From Candidatus Latescibacterota bacterium (GTDB taxonomy: Bacteria; Latescibacterota; UBA2968; UBA8231), in assembly GCA_965248355.1 (NCBI GenBank), contig OZ252098.1:1792001-1856000 (forward strand): a stretch of 64,000 nt of DNA. Direction: 5' to 3'. Of this stretch, positions 58,985 to 64,000 are shown piece by piece. Within the stretch, counting starts at the first letter, position 1, and the number at the start of each line of letters is the position of its first letter. Both the position numbers and the translations under genes were made by a program. A model generated the notes under the pieces. That model made no database searches and was not told the DNA's origin. It was given only the letters and a program-made list of their open reading frames with translations.

Positions 58985-59781
58985 ACGAGCTCGAGGGACA
59001 GGTCGCCGTGGTCACCGGCGCCGCCCAGGGCCTCGGGCTGGCCACGGCCGAGGAGCTGGCCCGCCGGGGGGCCCGCGTGGTGCTCGCCGACCTGCAAGAC
59101 GGGGCCGTCGCCGATCACGCCCGCCGCCTCGCGGCCGAGGGCCTGGGGGCCGAGGCCTGCGCCCTCGACGTGACCGACAGCGCCGCCGTCGGAGAGGCCC
59201 TGGGGTCCCTGGAGCGCCTCGACATCCTGGTCAACGCCGCCGGCGTGGGCCAGCGTGTCCTGCCGGTCTCCGAGCTGCCCGACGAGGAGTGGGACCGGGT
59301 CCTGGCCGCGACCCTCACCGGCACCTTCTACAGCTGCCGCGCCGCGGCGGCGGTCATGGAGCGCCAGGAGGCCGGCGCCATCGTCAACTTCGCCTCCATC
59401 AACGGCCAGAACCCGGCGGCCCTCGTGGCCGCCTACAACGTGGCCAAGGCGGGGGTCATCTCCCTGACGCGGACCCTGGCGCAGGAGCTGGCCGCCTACG
59501 GGGTGCGCGTCAACGCCGTGGCCCCGGGGCCGGTCTACACCCCCTTCAACCAGCGCAACATGGCGCAGCGGTCGGCGTCGCTGGGGATCACGGAGGAGGA
59601 GATGATCGAGCGCGTGCGCAAGGCGATCCCCCTCGGCCGCTGGGGCGAACCGGAGGAGATCGCCCGCACCGTCGCCTTCCTGTGCGGACCGGAGAGCACG
59701 TGGATGACCGGCGAGGTGGTGCGCGTCAGCGGCGGGATGGAAGGGGTGTCCGCGGCTCCGCCGAAGCGGTCCCGCGGCTAG
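58981..59781 (+). CDS. SDR family oxidoreductase
   Basis: TGAAQGLG, NAAG, YNVAK, VNAVAPG. Confidence 0.9.
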   Translation: MNELEGQVAVVTGAAQGLGLATAEELARRGARVVLADLQDGAVADHARRLAAEGLGAEACALDVTDSAAVGEALGSLERLDILVNAAGVGQRVLPVSELPDEEWDRVLAATLTGTFYSCRAAAAVMERQEAGAIVNFASINGQNPAALVAAYNVAKAGVISLTRTLAQELAAYGVRVNAVAPGPVYTPFNQRNMAQRSASLGITEEEMIERVRKAIPLGRWGEPEEIARTVAFLCGPESTWMTGEVVRVSGGMEGVSAAPPKRSRG

Positions 59782-61333
59782 CTAGGAGATGCCTCGGCTC
59801 GGAGGCGGGCGATGGCTCCACGGGGGCCCTGAGAAAGGGGTCGGAAACCTGATCCTGCCATTGATACACCGGGGCGTCGTCACCGCTCTGCAAGTTGGGC
59901 TGGCTTCTCCCAGGGGTCAGGGAAGCGTCAATCATCTGGCGATCTATGGGATCGCCACTGCTGTCCCGTCTCCTGGAGTCCCGCATCCAGCGACCGTCCG
60001 CCGGAATGAGGCGCGGCGGATCCCAGGACACAGCTCCCCCGAATCCCCTGGTTCTGAGTTCCTTCCACATGAGTATCCCTACCAGTTCATCGAAGCGGTG
60101 CCAGGATACGAATTCCCCGAAGCCCTCGGCCGCTCGCAGGTCCAGGATGATCTCCGACGCATCACTCGGATGATCCTTGGTTACGATGCGGTAATACTCG
60201 GCGGGACCCGGATCTATGATCTTGTCCTCTACCGTTGCGGTTATGACCTCTCCCCCCATGTTCCAACCAAGTCGTTTTCGATACACAACGCTCGGGGCCA
60301 TCGGACTGGAACCATAGGGAATCACCGTCCTGGATATGGTCCCCGTCGCACCATCTGGATCGGCCCACACACCGGGGCCGTGAGCCGCAGACTGCATCAG
60401 GTTCCAGTCCGCTCCCGACCTCTCGCCACCTACCGTCTGTTCTGTATAGGGATTGGCCACCGTGAACTCCTGGAACGCCGGAGCATCCCAATCGGGCAGG
60501 CCAAGGAAATGTCCGATCTCGTGGGCATGTACGTTGATCCCTGAAGAGCGGTCCAAGGTCTGGTTGTCTGGTCTGCCGCTCCCCTTGCGTTCCGCCGCTA
60601 CGTACTGATAACCGTAACTCTCTACTCTCCCAGAGGTAGATGACGATGTTGTCGTCCGGTCGGCTCGGGGATGCAAACGACTGTTGTCCGCGATCTCCGG
60701 ACCGCCGTATACATATGCGACCTTATGACTCTTTCGTGAGGCAATGGTACTGCCATCGGGTAAGTCTGTGTAGCCTGCCGCGACGGCCGCCACGTAAGCG
60801 TGATCCCAGAAATTGTACATCCCCCGTGCATAGTCCCAACGTGTATGGGGCAGCCGGATCCAGTCCGGGTAATCCCGATTCTCGCCCGTCATGGCTCGGT
60901 TGACGATTCGAACTTCCAGACGGTAGTCCCCACCTGACACTTCGTTGTAGTAGTCGGCCACGCTACCAAATACGTGCGGCAGGTCTTCACCGCCATTGGC
61001 CACGGTCAGGTCGGTGCCGCTGAAACTCGTGCCTGAAACCCCGAAGAGACGCTTGAAATCGTCCAGGGTATAGGACGTTGTCCCAGGTACCCACTCGTCG
61101 GTCTGTGGCGAGCTAGCCGTGGCCGGAATGATGCGCAATGTACCACCATGGGGAATGTCATGATCGTTATGCCGGTAGGTGGTGTCACCCGCCGTGGGTG
61201 TTCCGTCAGCGAACCTGACCAGTACGACATCCAGCTTGCAGGGGCTTGTCCAGGTATGGCTGAGATCTTCTGCCTGGGGCCACAGAGGACAGGCAAGAGA
61301 CAAGAGCATCAGAGCAAGTCCATGGCATTTCAT
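59726..61333 (-). CDS. Secreted M6 (immune inhibitor A)-like metalloprotease, probably C-terminally truncated
   Basis: Signal peptide; VVLVRFAD, GSVADYYNEVSG, HEIGHFLGLPD, WNLM; stop overlaps the convergent SDR gene by 56 bp. Confidence 0.7.
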   Translation of the reverse strand: MKCHGLALMLLSLACPLWPQAEDLSHTWTSPCKLDVVLVRFADGTPTAGDTTYRHNDHDIPHGGTLRIIPATASSPQTDEWVPGTTSYTLDDFKRLFGVSGTSFSGTDLTVANGGEDLPHVFGSVADYYNEVSGGDYRLEVRIVNRAMTGENRDYPDWIRLPHTRWDYARGMYNFWDHAYVAAVAAGYTDLPDGSTIASRKSHKVAYVYGGPEIADNSRLHPRADRTTTSSSTSGRVESYGYQYVAAERKGSGRPDNQTLDRSSGINVHAHEIGHFLGLPDWDAPAFQEFTVANPYTEQTVGGERSGADWNLMQSAAHGPGVWADPDGATGTISRTVIPYGSSPMAPSVVYRKRLGWNMGGEVITATVEDKIIDPGPAEYYRIVTKDHPSDASEIILDLRAAEGFGEFVSWHRFDELVGILMWKELRTRGFGGAVSWDPPRLIPADGRWMRDSRRRDSSGDPIDRQMIDASLTPGRSQPNLQSGDDAPVYQWQDQVSDPFLRAPVEPSPASEPRHLLASRGTASAEPRTPLPSRR

Positions 61334-61351
61334 AGGAATTGGCCATCATCC

Positions 61352-62155
61352 TCAATTGGTTGATTTCTTGATGTTGCCCCAAGTGGAACTGCTCACATCC
61401 GAGGACTTCTGGTGCCGATTCTCGGCATCCCAATGATCGACGGTCCTAAAAACTGCTGTCGAATCCGATACGGCACCTCTTGCTCCTCCTCCATCGGACT
61501 CAACCCGAAGAGTTGCCCGCATGCCATACAACTGATGGAGGGCGGCTGTCGTATCTCCGTGGTACACTTCGTCCATGCACCAGTCCATCCCGTAGCCGGC
61601 CAGGAAGCGGATCTGCCTGAGATGGGACCTCCGTGGCGATGCCGCCAGGTAGTCGTCCAGTCCACTGTATCCTGTATACCTGAAGATCCTTATGGGGGGA
61701 AAACCGAACTTGTCCTCAATGTCGAGAAATTCCACTTGCGTATCCCCCTCGGTCTCCGGAATCGTGTACGTGCCGCCCCCAGGCGTGTCGAATCTGTACA
61801 GGGAAATCTCGCCCGTGCCCGTGTGCTCCATGAGATGATCCCCGTTCCACCGCACTTTCTTGCCAGTAATGCAATGAGGCGGGTTTGGGGTCGGACCCGG
61901 CATCGAACTGAACACATAGTAAGTGAGGCCGTCGATCACCTCTGTGCGTTCGATCGAGATCGTGATCTCCCGTGGGCTACCATCCCCATCGTTGAGGCCC
62001 AGCAGCCCATATTCGTCGTGCGAGGAGTTCTTGTAGACCCAGGAATTGCCGACAGCCAAGGGCAGAAACTCAAACGTCTCGTACGTGACCTGCGCCCTGG
62101 CCGATGCCAGGCACAGGGAGGAGATTCCAACGAACAGCAGGATGCGTGGCAGCAT
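61352..62155 (-). CDS. Secreted hypothetical protein with C-terminal TWGNIK motif
   Basis: Signal peptide ...SARA-Q; FLPLAVGNSWVY; ends SSSTWGNIKKSTN; GAGGAG RBS. Confidence 0.7.
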   Translation of the reverse strand: MLPRILLFVGISSLCLASARAQVTYETFEFLPLAVGNSWVYKNSSHDEYGLLGLNDGDGSPREITISIERTEVIDGLTYYVFSSMPGPTPNPPHCITGKKVRWNGDHLMEHTGTGEISLYRFDTPGGGTYTIPETEGDTQVEFLDIEDKFGFPPIRIFRYTGYSGLDDYLAASPRRSHLRQIRFLAGYGMDWCMDEVYHGDTTAALHQLYGMRATLRVESDGGGARGAVSDSTAVFRTVDHWDAENRHQKSSDVSSSTWGNIKKSTN

Positions 62156-62311
62156 GAGGGTACTCCTCGGTTATGCCCATCTGGCGTTTGCGGATGGGCC
62201 TGCACGGCATGGATGCGCGGGAGGCTCTTGGACGGCCGAGGCCCCGCTAGGCATCGAACTGAAGACGTAGTAGGTCTTGCCACCGATCACCTCGGTGGTG
62301 TCGATGGAAAT

Positions 62312-63867
62312 GGGTGTAGCCTCGGTTTTACGCAGCCCTCTTGTGGGTTTGGTGGGTCGTCTGGTTCAGGTACCAGTTCCAGAAGGCCTCCCATCGGTTG
62401 GATTGCACTTGGGCTCGTAGATTGAGGATCTGCTGGCCTCCTTGGCGGGTCCAGCGCATGCCGCTGCGTTTGAGTCGATGGCCGACCAGGGTTTTGGCGG
62501 CGGCCTCCACGGGGCCGCTGGAGAGGATCAGCCCCGCCGCGTGATAGCGCGCATAGTCCATTTTGTCGCGGTTGTTCCGGAAGTAGCCCATCTCGGTGGT
62601 CACCTGACGATGGCGTTCGGAGCCTTTTCGAAGTTTGCGGCGGTGACAGGCCAGAGAGCGGATCAGGCCCTGCACGGCCCCGGGCTCGTGGCGCAGTTTG
62701 TGGCGCCAGGACCGGTACCAGCGAGTGGCTTTGGCCGACAGCTTGCCGAAGAGATGCTCGGCCGCCTTCGACAGGTGTTGGGCGGCGTGATAGAAGTCGA
62801 GGATCCGGGTGAAGCCATCGAACACCGGCTGCCGGTCCACGGTGCGCCAGATCTCGCGCTTGCCGTCGGCCAACACCACCCGGTGATCATAGGTCCCTTG
62901 CTGCAAGGCCCGACCCGTCTGGTCCACCAAGCCATCGACGAGGGTTTCCATCTTCGCCTCCGGCATGCGCGCGGCATAGCGCACATCGACGCGTTGGGGG
63001 TCTTCCGTCTCCGGATCCAGTGGCGTCCGATACGTGGCGACCATGCCCACGCCCGCCTCTTTCCAGGCGGTAGGCGCCCGGTCGAGGTCGGCGTCCCTCG
63101 GTCGTTCGGCGGGCCGGCCGCGTTTCGGCGCCGGCTCCCGCAGGGGCACGGTGACGCCGTCCCAACTGACCACCAGGGTGTCGCCTTCGGCCTTCAGCGG
63201 GGCCACATCCTGCAAGGCCAGCTCGAGCTGCTCGGCGTGGTCTTCGGCGTACGGCCCGACGGTGGTCAACAGATGCTGTATGGCGGTGCGCGACGGGGGA
63301 TCGGGCAGCACCTCGGTCAGGCTGTCTTCGACTTCGGCCGGGACCAGGCGGGCCCCCAAGAAGGCGGTGAACCGCTCCAGGGCCGGCACCATGAATCGGC
63401 CGACCATGCCGCAGCGCTCATCCAAGAGCACCCGGCTGGGGCCGCCCCGATCTTGCTGAAACAGCCGCCGCGGCACCCGGACCTTGCCCCACAGGGTCAT
63501 CCACTCCTTGTCAACCACCTGCTTGAACCGGTAGACCCGACCCTGGTGGACCACGGTGTCGTCGGTGATCTCACACGCCTGCGCCAGCCGTTGGAAACCG
63601 ACTCGACCGAGGTCGTCCAACGCCTCTCGCAGCTCGCTCACCCTCTCGCGAAAGTCCTCCGGTCCGGCGTCCGGAGATTGCAGCCGATGCTCCCACTGGA
63701 GGACATTTTCCTCCAACTTCGTCATGCGAGCGCGAAAATCCTTCGTATCTTCCATCTGGGACCCCTCTCCGGGTTTGGGCGTAAGTGCTTACACCCAAAG
63801 ATACATTCGTGCCCGGACGTGGGGTCCCACCTTTCTTGAAAATCTGCGTAAAGTGGAAGCTACACCC
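62312..63867 (-). mobile_element. Insertion sequence, ISKra4-like, 1556 bp
   Basis: 24-bp IRs GGGTGTAGCCTCGGTTTTACGCAG / GGGTGTAGCTTCCACTTTACGCAG (20/24 match); 8-bp TSD ATGGAAAT at 62304-62311 and 63868-63875. Confidence 0.92.
62328..63755 (-). CDS. DDE transposase (ISKra4/UPF0236-like)
   Basis: SWDG, LADG, LDFYHA, SGPVEAAAK..RLKRSGMRW. Confidence 0.9.
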   Translation of the reverse strand: MEDTKDFRARMTKLEENVLQWEHRLQSPDAGPEDFRERVSELREALDDLGRVGFQRLAQACEITDDTVVHQGRVYRFKQVVDKEWMTLWGKVRVPRRLFQQDRGGPSRVLLDERCGMVGRFMVPALERFTAFLGARLVPAEVEDSLTEVLPDPPSRTAIQHLLTTVGPYAEDHAEQLELALQDVAPLKAEGDTLVVSWDGVTVPLREPAPKRGRPAERPRDADLDRAPTAWKEAGVGMVATYRTPLDPETEDPQRVDVRYAARMPEAKMETLVDGLVDQTGRALQQGTYDHRVVLADGKREIWRTVDRQPVFDGFTRILDFYHAAQHLSKAAEHLFGKLSAKATRWYRSWRHKLRHEPGAVQGLIRSLACHRRKLRKGSERHRQVTTEMGYFRNNRDKMDYARYHAAGLILSSGPVEAAAKTLVGHRLKRSGMRWTRQGGQQILNLRAQVQSNRWEAFWNWYLNQTTHQTHKRAA

Positions 63868-64000
63868 ATGGAAATGGCCACCTCTCGATACGCCCCACCC
63901 GAGAGTCCCATCAGGCCATCGGGATCGCTGGCCTCCTGTTGGTATACCCAAGTGTTACCTACCACCAGAGGTAAGTAATCCGAGGGCTGGTACGTCGTCT

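Larger units (their letters stand above)
62171..64000 (-). pseudogene. IS-disrupted paralog of 61352-62155 (5' end beyond window)
   Basis: Removing the IS restores YLPLVVGNTWVY...REVAISIDTTEVIGGKTYYVFSSMP, matching the neighbour's FLPLAVGNSWVY...REITISIERTEVIDGLTYYVFSSMP. Confidence 0.85.

Overview
A GC-rich bacterial window with about 50 densely packed CDSs; no rRNA, tRNA or CRISPR array was recognised. Gene content (PhyH dioxygenase expansion, Gfo/Idh/MocA oxidoreductases, sulfatase, ankyrin protein, Calx-beta adhesin) resembles Latescibacterota/Poribacteria-like symbionts, but this is inference only. Housekeeping genes include rpiA, ilvD, lgt, folA, iscS-like, nadC, purA and recQ. Main points of interest: (1) a lipid locus with a 1403-aa reductase/acyl-CoA synthetase/ACP/acyltransferase fusion (ElbD ether-lipid architecture) abutting lgt and divergent from a lipid kinase and an Mce/Mla operon; (2) four PhyH-like Fe/2OG enzymes with HxA/HxG in place of HxD, the halogenase-type signature; (3) a lower-GC block with an 11 x 17-bp tandem repeat, a decayed IS fragment and a ~1970-aa repetitive autotransporter-like adhesin; (4) two secreted proteins sharing a C-terminal (S/T)W(G/A)xIK motif; (5) a low-GC right end with a probably truncated M6-like protease and an intact ISKra4-like IS (IRs plus 8-bp TSD) splitting a paralogous gene. 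Product calls rest on motifs read by eye, not database searches.
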